A stretch of DNA of 30,907 nt from Candidatus Micrarchaeia archaeon (GTDB lineage Archaea > Micrarchaeota > Micrarchaeia > Burarchaeales > JACRGF01): assembly GCA_038870455.1 (NCBI GenBank), contig JAWCPB010000010.1:1-30907 (forward strand). The letters run 5' to 3'. Shown here one piece after another: positions 8,699 through 17,608 of this stretch (the first letter of the stretch is position 1; the number at the start of each line of letters is the position of its first letter). The position numbers and the translations under genes were made by a program. The notes under the pieces are model-generated. The model searched no databases. It was not told where the DNA came from and saw only the letters and a list, made by a program, of their open reading frames with translations.

Positions 8699-9142
8699 TT
8701 AGCCTCCGCCGAGCATCCTGTGCGCTTCGCTCCTCTTCGTATCGAAAATGTGAATGACTTCCCACCCCTGCCTGGCCAGCGCGTTGGCAACGTGCCTGCG
8801 GTGGCACCGCCACCACAGCTTTTCCGCGCACATCACGGCCACGCGCTTTTTCCTCGCCAGGTTCGCCAGCTCGGCGATAGCCGCCGCAAACTCATCGCTT
8901 CTCGCAAACGCCTCATACCCTCCTTTCCTGAACCCACCTAGTTCTTCCCCCAGCCAGACATAGTTGATGCCGTTCGCCGGAAGAATCTGCTCCAGGCTTT
9001 TTCGCTCGAACCAAGGGAACTTTCTCGAGGCAGGAAACCTCCTGACATCGGCGACAACCTCGATGCCATAGTGCTTCAGCAACTCGATGAGCTCGACCAG
9101 GCTCCTCGTCGAATGCCCCACGCTCCAGATCACGTCAGACAC
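8699..9142 (-). CDS. DUF488-family protein
   Basis: IWSVGHSTR, DVRRFPASR, LGGFR, and MCAEKLWWRCHRR. GTG start inferred at 9142 (9133 also possible). Confidence 0.9.
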   Translation of the reverse strand: MSDVIWSVGHSTRSLVELIELLKHYGIEVVADVRRFPASRKFPWFERKSLEQILPANGINYVWLGEELGGFRKGGYEAFARSDEFAAAIAELANLARKKRVAVMCAEKLWWRCHRRHVANALARQGWEVIHIFDTKRSEAHRMLGGG

Positions 9143-9193
9143 AGAAAAAACACGCGCTGAAGGTATAAAAGGTTCGCCATGCAAGTGCTTGCC

Positions 9194-9985
9194 ATGGAAG
9201 CTCGTCCTCCGCTCGCCGACCAAATCAAATTCGCTCTTGGAAAAAACCGCCTAGCGCTCGCGGTGTACGAGAGGCTTTCGGCAGACCCGCGCTTCATCGC
9301 GGGCTGCGAGATGGCGAACGCCGTGGCTGTCAATCGCTTCGGCTACAACGACCACGGCATCGTGCATGTCGGCATCACCGCGGTCAACGCCCTCAGGATA
9401 TTCGACCTCCTCGACAAGGCTGCAGTCGTGCCGACTTTCGTGGCCGAAAAGCACGGCAGCAAGGCCGATGCCCAGCTCATCGTGCTGCTGGGCGCGCTGC
9501 TGCACGACATCGGCAACGCCGTCTCAAGGGAGAAACACCACCTGCACGGCGTGGCCTACTCCCAGCCACTCCTCGGCGATGTGCTCGCTGTCTGCTACAG
9601 CGGCGAAAAGCTGCACAAGGTGAAGCTCGCCGTGCTTGCCTGCATTTTCGAGCACGATGAGAGCGTGCGCGCCACCTCCACTGAGGCGGGCATCATCAAG
9701 CCAGCTGACGGCATGGACTGCGAGAGCGGGCGGGCGCGCATTCCCTACAGGATGTTCGGCAAAAACGACATTCACTCGATCAGCGCGCTCGCCATCACGC
9801 GCGTTGAGGCTGTCGCCGGCGAGGCCAGGCCCGTGCTCATCCGCGTGCACATGAACAACCCCGCGGGCATGTTCCAGATTCAGGAGGTCCTGCAGAAGAA
9901 AATAGACTCTGCCGGCCCCGTGGCTCGGCTCATTGAAGTGCAGCCCGTGCTTAACGGAAAGCCGCTCGCGAAGGCAAAGCTATAA
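9194..9985 (+). CDS. HD-superfamily metal-dependent phosphohydrolase (COG3294-like)
   Basis: GYNDHGIVH, LLHDIGN, EHD, ADGMD, GRARIP, IHSISA motifs. Alternative start at 9179. Confidence 0.9.
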   Translation: MEARPPLADQIKFALGKNRLALAVYERLSADPRFIAGCEMANAVAVNRFGYNDHGIVHVGITAVNALRIFDLLDKAAVVPTFVAEKHGSKADAQLIVLLGALLHDIGNAVSREKHHLHGVAYSQPLLGDVLAVCYSGEKLHKVKLAVLACIFEHDESVRATSTEAGIIKPADGMDCESGRARIPYRMFGKNDIHSISALAITRVEAVAGEARPVLIRVHMNNPAGMFQIQEVLQKKIDSAGPVARLIEVQPVLNGKPLAKAKL

Positions 9986-10012
9986 ATTCTGGAAAGCGCA
10001 TAAAGCACCAGC

Positions 10013-10384
10013 GTGAAGGCATACATATTCGGAGTAGAGTTAAAGGGCGAGCGCTGGCTGGATCCCGCCGAAGCGAAGGCGGCCGCAGTGCAGATTTTCA
10101 TCAACGCATTCCCGGGCACAGGCTTCCAGACGGCCAAGGGCGAAACTTTCCTGAAAGCGAAAACGGGCGAGTGCGAGCTCGAGTTCTCCCACCTGGCCAA
10201 CTCCAATGGATTCCTGGTTCAGCTGAAGAGCCCCAGCCACGCCGCGAACGAAGCCGTCAAGGTGAAGTTGCTCGAGGCAGCGAAGGGATTAGGCGATATG
10301 CTGAGAAAGGCAAGGGAGGCGTTCAAGCCCACCGAGCCGGCGGGCAGGGAGGCTCCGCGCCCGCAGGCCAAAAACATCAAGTAA
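10013..10384 (+). CDS. Hypothetical protein (123 aa)
   Basis: GTG-start ORF with genome-typical codon usage and a Pro/Lys-rich C-terminus. Confidence 0.65.
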   Translation: MKAYIFGVELKGERWLDPAEAKAAAVQIFINAFPGTGFQTAKGETFLKAKTGECELEFSHLANSNGFLVQLKSPSHAANEAVKVKLLEAAKGLGDMLRKAREAFKPTEPAGREAPRPQAKNIK

Positions 10385-11401
10385 GGCGATTGCACGAAAC
10401 TCACCCACACTCTGACGCAGCTCAAGATACATAAGCTGTCGAGAGAATCCCTCAAGGGCTATTCGCAGGCCGAACTGGAGGACTGCCGGAAAAACATCAC
10501 GGCAGAGATTGAAAACATAATCTCATCCGGCAAGAGCTCGCTGACCATCAACACGCTCCGCCACAACCTGCGGGTGGTCGAAGAGGAGATTAGCGAAAGG
10601 AAGAAGGCCGAGAAGAAGGAGTTTGCGGCCGCCAAGCCCGAGAGCGACGGGCCTGCGGAGAAGGAAAAGCTAGCCGAAGAGCTGCGCCTCCTCATCAAGG
10701 TCCTCAAGCAAAGCGACAACCCTGATTTCGGCAAGTTCGCAAACGCTTTTGAAAAGCTGGGAAGCGACGCCGAGGCCCTCCTGCGCAACATACTGTACGC
10801 GTATTACCTCGTCACCTGCGAAAATAAAGATGAGGACGTGCAGGCGCTTCGGACGAGGGCGGCCGAAGTCCTTTCGAAAAAGAAGCAGGATGAGGTGCCC
10901 GCGCTCGTGGAGAGATTCCGCGCGATAGTCGTCAAAATGGCGGAAGCGGACAGGATGGAGCCGGAGGCCGACGTGCTCGATGAGGCTTGGGGCATTCACA
11001 TGAGGCTTGGGTGGAAGGCGGCAGCGGCTGAACGCGAGCTGCAGAGGCTCAAGGCCCTGGGCGCTGAAAAGGGCGTTGACGAATTGAGGGAAAGGGCGCA
11101 ACTCTGGGGAACGCGGTGTGAAAAATTCAAAAAACACATTGAAGACTACCGGAATGCCGAGGGCAAGCAGAGGAACGAGGCCCTGCGCGCGCTGCAGGAG
11201 GCCATGTCAAGCGCGTACGGCGCGCTTGTTTTAGACGAGCTCCTCTCGGGTAGGATGACTGGCGAGCTTAAAGAAAAAGCTCTCGCGACGCTGAGGGAGC
11301 TGAAGGGCGCGCTGGATGCAGGAGACTTCGACAATATTGTGAAAATGAAGGAAAAGCTGAAGCTCCTGCTGGAACACTGCGAGGGACCTACTCAACCTTG
11401 A
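10385..11401 (+). CDS. Hypothetical all-helical protein; true start unclear
   Basis: The frame is open from 10385, immediately after the previous TAA and in the same frame. The first ATG/GTG/TTG is GTG 10574, but the 63 codons before it look coding. Confidence 0.65.
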   Translation, partial: GDCTKLTHTLTQLKIHKLSRESLKGYSQAELEDCRKNITAEIENIISSGKSSLTINTLRHNLRVVEEEISERKKAEKKEFAAAKPESDGPAEKEKLAEELRLLIKVLKQSDNPDFGKFANAFEKLGSDAEALLRNILYAYYLVTCENKDEDVQALRTRAAEVLSKKKQDEVPALVERFRAIVVKMAEADRMEPEADVLDEAWGIHMRLGWKAAAAERELQRLKALGAEKGVDELRERAQLWGTRCEKFKKHIEDYRNAEGKQRNEALRALQEAMSSAYGALVLDELLSGRMTGELKEKALATLRELKGALDAGDFDNIVKMKEKLKLLLEHCEGPTQP

Positions 11402-11972
11402 TCTCGCTGCCCTTTTCCTCCTTGCCCGGCTCCCTCCTCTGAATCTTCACATCGAGCACGCCGTTCTTGTAGCTCGCCTTGGCCGTCTCGGGCTTGACCT
11501 TAACAGGCAGATGCACAGTCTTGCTGTACTTCCTCTCAGGCGTATCGACTTTTATGCTGAGCTTGTCCTCGGTCGCTTTCAAGTGAATGTCTTCCTTGGC
11601 CACGCCAGGCAGCTCGGCGATGACCGTGACGACCTCCTTCTCCTGGATGACATCGACAAGCGGCTCCATCTCGCCGGGCGCGCCCTCGCCGCCCGCCACC
11701 GCGCGGATCATGGGCTTGACGTTGCCAAACTCCTGGAACTGCGGCTTTCCGTCGGGCCCGACGCGCATGCTAAAGCCGTAGACGAACGGCCCCCTGCGTA
11801 TTATCCTCTCGCCCTTGGGTCCCCTCTCTTCCTTCACCTCCTCGGGAAACTCGCTGAAGCGGAACATGTCTCCCATCATGCGCTCCATTTCCTGCCGAAT
11901 CCTCTCGAACTCGTCCTCAATGTCGCCGATGTCGAAGAAGAACCCCGTGCCTTTCTTTTTTCTCGGGAACAC
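11388..11972 (-). CDS. hsp20: Archaeal small heat-shock protein Hsp20
   Basis: GPFVYGFSMRVGPDGKP..EFGNV, EPLVDV, AELPGV, ASYKNGVL, and C-terminal IKVE (IXI/V motif). GTG start after GGTGG. Confidence 0.95.
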   Translation of the reverse strand: MFPRKKKGTGFFFDIGDIEDEFERIRQEMERMMGDMFRFSEFPEEVKEERGPKGERIIRRGPFVYGFSMRVGPDGKPQFQEFGNVKPMIRAVAGGEGAPGEMEPLVDVIQEKEVVTVIAELPGVAKEDIHLKATEDKLSIKVDTPERKYSKTVHLPVKVKPETAKASYKNGVLDVKIQRREPGKEEKGSEIKVE

Positions 11973-12036
11973 GCAACCACCCTGCCGCTCTTTATCGCTC
12001 TCCAGATTAAAAACATTTTCCTCCCTTAAAATCCGC

Positions 12037-12879
12037 ATGCCCTCGCGTGCGTTTTCGCCTTGTCACATCACCGGCTTCTTCGAGATATTCGATAACGGCT
12101 CGACGGGAGCCGGCGTGTGCCTCGCCGAGGGAATGACCACCGAGGCCGGGAGAGCGGAGAGGACGGCCGTGACCATTAACGGAAGGAGCTCTCCCGCGCC
12201 TGTTTCCAGGGAGGTCGTCAGCAGGTTCTCCGCCCTGCTCGGCAGGCCCGTCGCAGCAGTCGTCCGCCACTCCTGCCCCCTTCCCGTCGGCAGCGGCTTC
12301 GGCGCGAGCGCTGCCGGAGCGCTTTCGCTGTCGCTGGCCCTCAATGAGGAATTCCAAGCGGGCCTTTCCCCCCTCGAGTGTGCGAGAATAGCCCACGAGG
12401 CCGAGCTGGCATGCAGGACCGGCCTTGGCGGCGTCATCGCGGAATTCACTGGTGGTTTCGTGCTCAGGAAAGAGCCCGGTTCTTTCGATGCGGCGGAGAG
12501 GCTTCCCCTGCCGGAGGGCTACCGGGTGGTGTTCGCCCACCTGAGGGGCATTCAAACCAGGCGCGTCATCACGGACGCCGAGTGGCGGAAGAGAATCAAC
12601 GCGGCGGGCGAGCATGCGCTCGCCGTGTTCAGGCGCAGGAACTCCCCGGAGGATTTCATGGAACTCAGCCGCTCCTTTGCGTTCGAGACGCTTCTCGCAA
12701 GCGGCAGGATAAGCCGCATTCTCGAAGCCATTCCGGCCTGCAGCATGACAATGCTGGGAAAAGCCGTGTTTTCCCTGACCGACGAGCCCGGGAAGGTCGC
12801 GCGCGCCCTCCGCAGCCTCGGCCTTTCTCCGAAGACGGTGGAGCTGGGGGGAAGCAAGCCGCGCGTACTAAAGAAATAA
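12037..12879 (+). CDS. pok: Pantoate kinase (GHMP family, archaeal CoA pathway)
   Basis: AFSPCHITGFF, GSTGAG, PVGSGFGASAA (GHMP motif), AHEAE...TGLG, SMTMLG. Confidence 0.9.
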   Translation: MPSRAFSPCHITGFFEIFDNGSTGAGVCLAEGMTTEAGRAERTAVTINGRSSPAPVSREVVSRFSALLGRPVAAVVRHSCPLPVGSGFGASAAGALSLSLALNEEFQAGLSPLECARIAHEAELACRTGLGGVIAEFTGGFVLRKEPGSFDAAERLPLPEGYRVVFAHLRGIQTRRVITDAEWRKRINAAGEHALAVFRRRNSPEDFMELSRSFAFETLLASGRISRILEAIPACSMTMLGKAVFSLTDEPGKVARALRSLGLSPKTVELGGSKPRVLKK

Positions 12880-12903
12880 AAAAGCCGAAGCCCATAGCTG
12901 CGC

Positions 12904-13245
12904 GTGGTCGTCGCCTACTTCGCCGCACTCGCTACAGTGGCCGCCCTCTTCCTGAGCGCGAGCGCGCTCGTGGTGTGGCTGGCTTTCAGGAGAAAACTCA
13001 GCGGAGAGGGGCTCCGCCCGGCCATCTGGGCGTCGTGGGGCTCGCTGCGCGACTTCTACGCGGCCGCATCCGTCTTTCTGTTCCTCTCTGTGCTCGTGCA
13101 GGCTTCATCTTTTCTCAACGGCGTGACTGCGCTCAGCGACGCCACGGCTGCTTCCCTGCTTCTCGCAGTCATTCTCGCGCTCGCGTACGCGTGCGCGATT
13201 TCGCTGAGCGTGCTTGTTGCGCTCGCCCGAGCAGGGAGGATGTAA
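12904..13245 (+). CDS. Small integral membrane protein (about 3 TM)
   Basis: Three hydrophobic stretches. The stop directly abuts the next ATG, with a GGAGG SD inside the gene end. Confidence 0.7.
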   Translation: MVVAYFAALATVAALFLSASALVVWLAFRRKLSGEGLRPAIWASWGSLRDFYAAASVFLFLSVLVQASSFLNGVTALSDATAASLLLAVILALAYACAISLSVLVALARAGRM

Positions 13246-14250
13246 ATGGTCTTTGAGGCAAGCGCGGTAACGGCCTTCACGCTTTTCCTTTCCCTGGCAG
13301 CGCTCGCCGTCTGCCTGCGCGCGCACAACGCCGTCTCGCGCACAACCCGCCTCACCGCCGCCGCGCACGGTCACTTTATTCTCTCGCAGTTCTTCACGCT
13401 CATCGCCCTCTTCGCCCTCTCGCTGTCTTTCTTCATGGGCCTCGTGGCGAACGACTTTGTTTTCTTCTACGGCCTTCAGGCGCTCGGCCTCGTCCTCCTC
13501 GCGCTGGCAACCTGGCGTTTTGCGGGCGCGCTGCTCGCGCCCGCTGTTGAAGAGGCCACGGACTCCCGCTCCGTGCGCGCCGCCCACGCCGAAATACTGC
13601 GCAAGCGGACGATGAGGGCGGAAAAGGACTTCGACAGGCTGCTGGGAATGGCGAGGGACAAGGCGCTCGTGCTTTTCGAGGCCGGCAGGGGCGCGGGCGT
13701 CCCGCTGATCGCTTCCTACCTGCTCAACCGCCTCGCGTATTCCGCGAGCTCGCCTTTCCTCGCGGCGCTCGCCACGTCCGCCCACCCAGCTGCTTTCAGG
13801 AAGAGCTTTCCCCTTCTCGCCCCGAAAGCAAACCTCTGGGTTTCCGAAGAAAAAATCGGGGAGGAAGAGCTCGCCGCACTCTTCCAGAGCGCGCCCCCGT
13901 CGAATCAGGCCCTGCTGCGGAAATTCTTTGAATCGGTTTGTGCCGCTGGCCTTCCTGTTGCTTTTGTGGGAGACTGGACGGTCGAGCCGGCCGACCGACT
14001 CTCCTACGATGCCTTTCACGAGCTCATCCACAGCCTCATGACCCTCACGCGTGAAAAGGGTTCGGTGCTCTTTGTGACCCTCAAGCCCGAGAGCATTCCC
14101 GGGGACAAGCTGGGCATTCTGAGGAGGTACGCCGACGTCATCGTGTCGGTTGGCAGGGCAAAGGGCGTGCTGCGCGTGGCCGCGCGCGACCAGGCCACGG
14201 GCAGGGAAGAGAAACTGCGCCTCACCCTCGACAAGCTCCTTCTACCGTAG
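13246..14250 (+). CDS. Membrane protein (3 N-terminal TM) with degenerate RecA/KaiC-like (DUF835-like) cytoplasmic domain
   Basis: Hydrophobic N-terminus. The C-terminal VAFVGD...LIHSL...GSVLFVTL...LRRYADVIVSV resembles the KaiC-fold core. No intact Walker A. Confidence 0.55.
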   Translation: MVFEASAVTAFTLFLSLAALAVCLRAHNAVSRTTRLTAAAHGHFILSQFFTLIALFALSLSFFMGLVANDFVFFYGLQALGLVLLALATWRFAGALLAPAVEEATDSRSVRAAHAEILRKRTMRAEKDFDRLLGMARDKALVLFEAGRGAGVPLIASYLLNRLAYSASSPFLAALATSAHPAAFRKSFPLLAPKANLWVSEEKIGEEELAALFQSAPPSNQALLRKFFESVCAAGLPVAFVGDWTVEPADRLSYDAFHELIHSLMTLTREKGSVLFVTLKPESIPGDKLGILRRYADVIVSVGRAKGVLRVAARDQATGREEKLRLTLDKLLLP

Positions 14251-14282
14251 CTTTAAATAGTCCTAAAACCATAATTTCTTGC

Positions 14283-14513
14283 ATGAGGTATACCATTCCC
14301 CAGAACCTGCGCGTTCCGGCGACCGCGCGCGACATCGCACGGGCGAAAATTCCGCGCGACACGAAGCTCGAGCTCCTCAAAATAAAAATGGAAATCATCG
14401 GGCGTTCGCTGGCCAACCCGCAGAACGAGGAGGAAAAGAGGGAATTGCTGAGGGAACTGGGTCTTGCAAAGCGAACCGCGGACAGAATCGGGGAAAACCG
14501 GCGACCGCACTAA
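14283..14513 (+). CDS. Small helical hypothetical protein (76 aa)
   Basis: TTTAAATA at 14252-14259 lies about 24 nt upstream of the ATG. Amphipathic helices. Confidence 0.6.
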   Translation: MRYTIPQNLRVPATARDIARAKIPRDTKLELLKIKMEIIGRSLANPQNEEEKRELLRELGLAKRTADRIGENRRPH

Positions 14514-14539
14514 TTTAAATACGGGAAAACGCCTAAACC

Positions 14540-15019
14540 TTGAGCGTGAACGGCTTAAAGCGCCCCCCACAGAACCACACCGCAGGAGGCGAGCCCGGGG
14601 GAGAGCGCAGGAAAGTCATTCCTCTTCCATTCCGCCCACGCATAATAAAGAGAGAGCCTGATATTTTCAAGATTAACGGGGACAAACTGCACAGCCGCGA
14701 CCCGCGTGACGTTGAAGATGCATTGACTTTCTTCTGGCAAATCGGCGAAATCGGCAACCAGGACAGTTTGAAGAAAGCCTCGCGCCATCTTCCGGCAATC
14801 AGGCGCATCTTCAAACACGCGGAGGACGCGGACCTCCGCGTCAAAGCGCTTCAAGTGCTCGGCGCCCTCCGCGACTACGAGCTCGTCGGGCTGGTGAAGA
14901 AGCTCTTGGACAAGGAGCCGAAAGGCACGCCCCTCGCTGACACCTTCGCATGGTTCCTGGATCAAATAGCTGAAGACGTCAAGAAGAGGGTGCTGCCCGG
15001 GTTCTACGGGAAAGACTAA
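14540..15019 (+). CDS. HEAT-repeat-like hypothetical protein
   Basis: TTTAAATA at 14514. Repeats LHSRDPRDVEDAL and EDADLRVKALQVLGAL are HEAT-like. Confidence 0.6.
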   Translation: MSVNGLKRPPQNHTAGGEPGGERRKVIPLPFRPRIIKREPDIFKINGDKLHSRDPRDVEDALTFFWQIGEIGNQDSLKKASRHLPAIRRIFKHAEDADLRVKALQVLGALRDYELVGLVKKLLDKEPKGTPLADTFAWFLDQIAEDVKKRVLPGFYGKD

Positions 15020-15024
15020 CCCAC

Positions 15025-16863
15025 CTACTTCGGTGTCGGCCTCTTCTCCGTCTTTCTGTGCTTCAACTCGTATGCGCTCGGAAATTTTCTCGCGATAGCC
15101 TCTGAAACCGGATGCCTAACGAGGTTTATTTTGGTAATGTAATAGTTCCATGCCAGCGCGGCCGCGGCGTCTCCCGCTTTCTCCGCCTCCTCTTTTTTCC
15201 TTGTTCCCTCCTTGTATTCCGCGTACAGGAGCTTGTCCAAGCCCATGAGCCACCTTTTCTCATTCGCTGCCGGCGAGGCGAGCAGGAGGTGAGCACGCGC
15301 TTCCATCTCGCCCAGCACTTCCTTCACCCTCTGTTCCATCTCGCCGCGCTCGAGCTTGCCCTCCGCGACCTGCATGAGCCGCCTCTTCGCGTGCCTGAAG
15401 AACGCGTTCCCGTCAATGCCCAGGGAAGCCTGTTCCCTGACGTACTCCAGCTTGTCCATCTCCTCGCCAGCGCCTTTCTTCTGCAGGCTCGCCTCGTAAA
15501 GCGCGAACAGGAATTCGTTGAGCTTCTCGGAGTTCCTGTCCGCGGTCTCGCGGTCGGGCGACACCGCGTCAAACCCCAGCCGGGCCATCGCCGCATCGAG
15601 CTCGCGCTTGAACTCGTCAAAGCCAGCGCCGGCCGAGCCCCTGAGCCTTACCCTGGCGAGCTCAAGCGAGACGTCAAACTTCAGGAAGCCCATAACCCTG
15701 AGTATGTACTGGGCTTTGAGCGCGTCCTTGGCGAGCGTATCCTGCTCCTTCTGAAAGTCTTCAACGGCCTGCTTTTTCTTCTCCGCCTCCTTCGCCTCCA
15801 CGACCGCGTGCAGCAGGGACACCATTTTCTTGTGCTCTTCCTTGGCCAGCGACTCGCAGCTGACGAGGATGTCCCTGAAGTTATTAAGCGCGCTGAAGGC
15901 CGCCTTGTTCTCCGCTGCCTCTGTCCCACTGAATGGAGTGAGCTCCCTGCCGGCGTTGTCCGGCACAGGAACTTTATCAGTCCATTCCTGAACTGCCTTA
16001 TTGACGAGCTGCTTGAACTCGTGCGTCGGCTTTTCCCACACCTTCTTGATTTCGCCCCACGCCTCACTGAGCGTCAGGCGCGCAGGCGCTCTCGCGGCAA
16101 CTGGCTTCCGCGGCTCTTCAAAAACCCCGGCAGCCTTCTGTGCTTCCTCGATGGGAATTTCTTCGGTGAGCACAATGACCTCCTCCCGCGCTTTCTCGGC
16201 AACTTTTTCGACTTTTTCAGCAAGCCCCTTCTGGAAGATTGCCAGTCCGTACGCCCCGTCGAACTTTTCAAAGTGCAACATGAAGAGCTTGGCGCCTGCT
16301 TCTCGGAACTCCCTGTCGAGCGCGGCATCCAGCTGTTCCTTCGAGGGAGAAACGCCTGCCTCCCCGCATGCATTTCCGAGGTCTTCCATGAACTTCGCGA
16401 CGAGCGCGCCCAGCTTAGGGTCTGTGTAGCCGAACATCTTGAGCCTGCTCTCGCCTTCAGCCTCTCTCCGCAAATTTTTAGCGAGTTTGTGGATTATCGC
16501 ATCCAGCTCGCCTCCCAAAGGCTTTTCGGCCATGGGCGCATAGACGACGGGCTCTTCGGCCTTGAAGCTCGGCAGCTCCATGTCATAGGGGATTTCGTCG
16601 ACTATGAAGTTGGTTTCGAAAGAAAGGTCCAGGCCTAGTTTCTTGCCCATCTCGGCAAACACGGCCTTGAAAGCCCCTTGGAACGATGCGGTCGGATTGG
16701 AGAACCGCAGCCCTTCATTGAACGCATCGTACTTCACCGCGTTGTACGCTTCGCGGAGCTTCTCTTCATCGTGCTCCTTCTTCAGGATAGGCATGAACTT
16801 GATTACGATAAGCTGCCTCAGCCGCTGTTCGGACTCCTCGCCAGGCATGATATGATTACTCAT
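15025..16863 (-). CDS. Large helical/coiled-coil hypothetical protein
   Basis: 612-aa E/K/A-rich ORF with no recognised motif. ATG 16848 fits the TATA spacing better (TATAAAA at 16877-16871). Confidence 0.8.
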   Translation of the reverse strand: MSNHIMPGEESEQRLRQLIVIKFMPILKKEHDEEKLREAYNAVKYDAFNEGLRFSNPTASFQGAFKAVFAEMGKKLGLDLSFETNFIVDEIPYDMELPSFKAEEPVVYAPMAEKPLGGELDAIIHKLAKNLRREAEGESRLKMFGYTDPKLGALVAKFMEDLGNACGEAGVSPSKEQLDAALDREFREAGAKLFMLHFEKFDGAYGLAIFQKGLAEKVEKVAEKAREEVIVLTEEIPIEEAQKAAGVFEEPRKPVAARAPARLTLSEAWGEIKKVWEKPTHEFKQLVNKAVQEWTDKVPVPDNAGRELTPFSGTEAAENKAAFSALNNFRDILVSCESLAKEEHKKMVSLLHAVVEAKEAEKKKQAVEDFQKEQDTLAKDALKAQYILRVMGFLKFDVSLELARVRLRGSAGAGFDEFKRELDAAMARLGFDAVSPDRETADRNSEKLNEFLFALYEASLQKKGAGEEMDKLEYVREQASLGIDGNAFFRHAKRRLMQVAEGKLERGEMEQRVKEVLGEMEARAHLLLASPAANEKRWLMGLDKLLYAEYKEGTRKKEEAEKAGDAAAALAWNYYITKINLVRHPVSEAIARKFPSAYELKHRKTEKRPTPK

Positions 16864-16972
16864 TCCCCGCTTTTATACCTTGGCAAACGCCGCGCGCCAT
16901 GATTAAACGCATTTTTGCGTAAATAGAGGATTTTGAGTAATGCATTTATTTGTTGCAAGCCCAACCAACGCC

Positions 16973-17608
16973 ATGGCCGTGGCCGAGGCTGTGGCGGCCC
17001 TGCGGGCGGGCCGGTTTGTGGTGCTCTTCGACTCTTCCTCGCGCGAGGGAGAGTGCGACCTGGTCATTCACGCGAGCAAGGCAATCCCGCAGGCCATCGC
17101 CTTCATGAGAAGGCACGCCGGGGGCCTCGTCTGCCTTGCAACAGACAAGGCGACCGCCGAAGTCCTCTCCCTACCCTATTTCCATGAGCTACTCGCCGCC
17201 ACCCCGCTCGCACCGCTCGCCTCCGCACGCATGCCATATGGCGAGCCCCCTGCCTTTTCCATCCTCATCAGCCACCGAAAAACTTATACTGGCGTGACCG
17301 ACGCCGACCGCTCGCTCACCATTAGGGAATTCGCCAGACTGGTGGCGCAGAACAATGGCCTGCGCTCCTCCTTCCTCGAGAACTTCCGTTCCCCGGGGCA
17401 CGTTCCTCTCCTTATAGGCCGCTCGCTTTCAGAGAGGAGGGGGCACACCGAGCTTGCCCTGCGCCTGTGCGAGCTGGCGCGCCTGCCGCCCGCAGTCGTG
17501 CTGTGCGAAATGCTCGGGAAATGGAAAGCGCTGGGAAAAAGACAGGCGAGGGCATTTGCCCGAGCGCGCGGGCTGCCTTTCGTCGAAGGCAGGGAGCTGA
17601 TTGCATGA
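16973..17608 (+). CDS. ribB: 3,4-dihydroxy-2-butanone-4-phosphate synthase (archaeal type)
   Basis: D...REGECD, AGGLVC, HRKTYTGVTDADR, FRSPGHV, RRGHTE, CEM, plus the PYGE insertion typical of archaeal RibB. Confidence 0.95.
   Translation: MAVAEAVAALRAGRFVVLFDSSSREGECDLVIHASKAIPQAIAFMRRHAGGLVCLATDKATAEVLSLPYFHELLAATPLAPLASARMPYGEPPAFSILISHRKTYTGVTDADRSLTIREFARLVAQNNGLRSSFLENFRSPGHVPLLIGRSLSERRGHTELALRLCELARLPPAVVLCEMLGKWKALGKRQARAFARARGLPFVEGRELIA

Noticed and set aside
15112..16638. Long antisense ORFs (508 aa here; also 712-1506, 2655-3914, 19298-20197)
   Set aside because: These are shadow frames of real genes in GC-rich DNA, with no motifs or translation signals.
16864..16972. FMN riboswitch upstream of ribB
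   Set aside because: The gap is about 110 bp, must hold two promoters, and lacks the conserved RFN sequence blocks.
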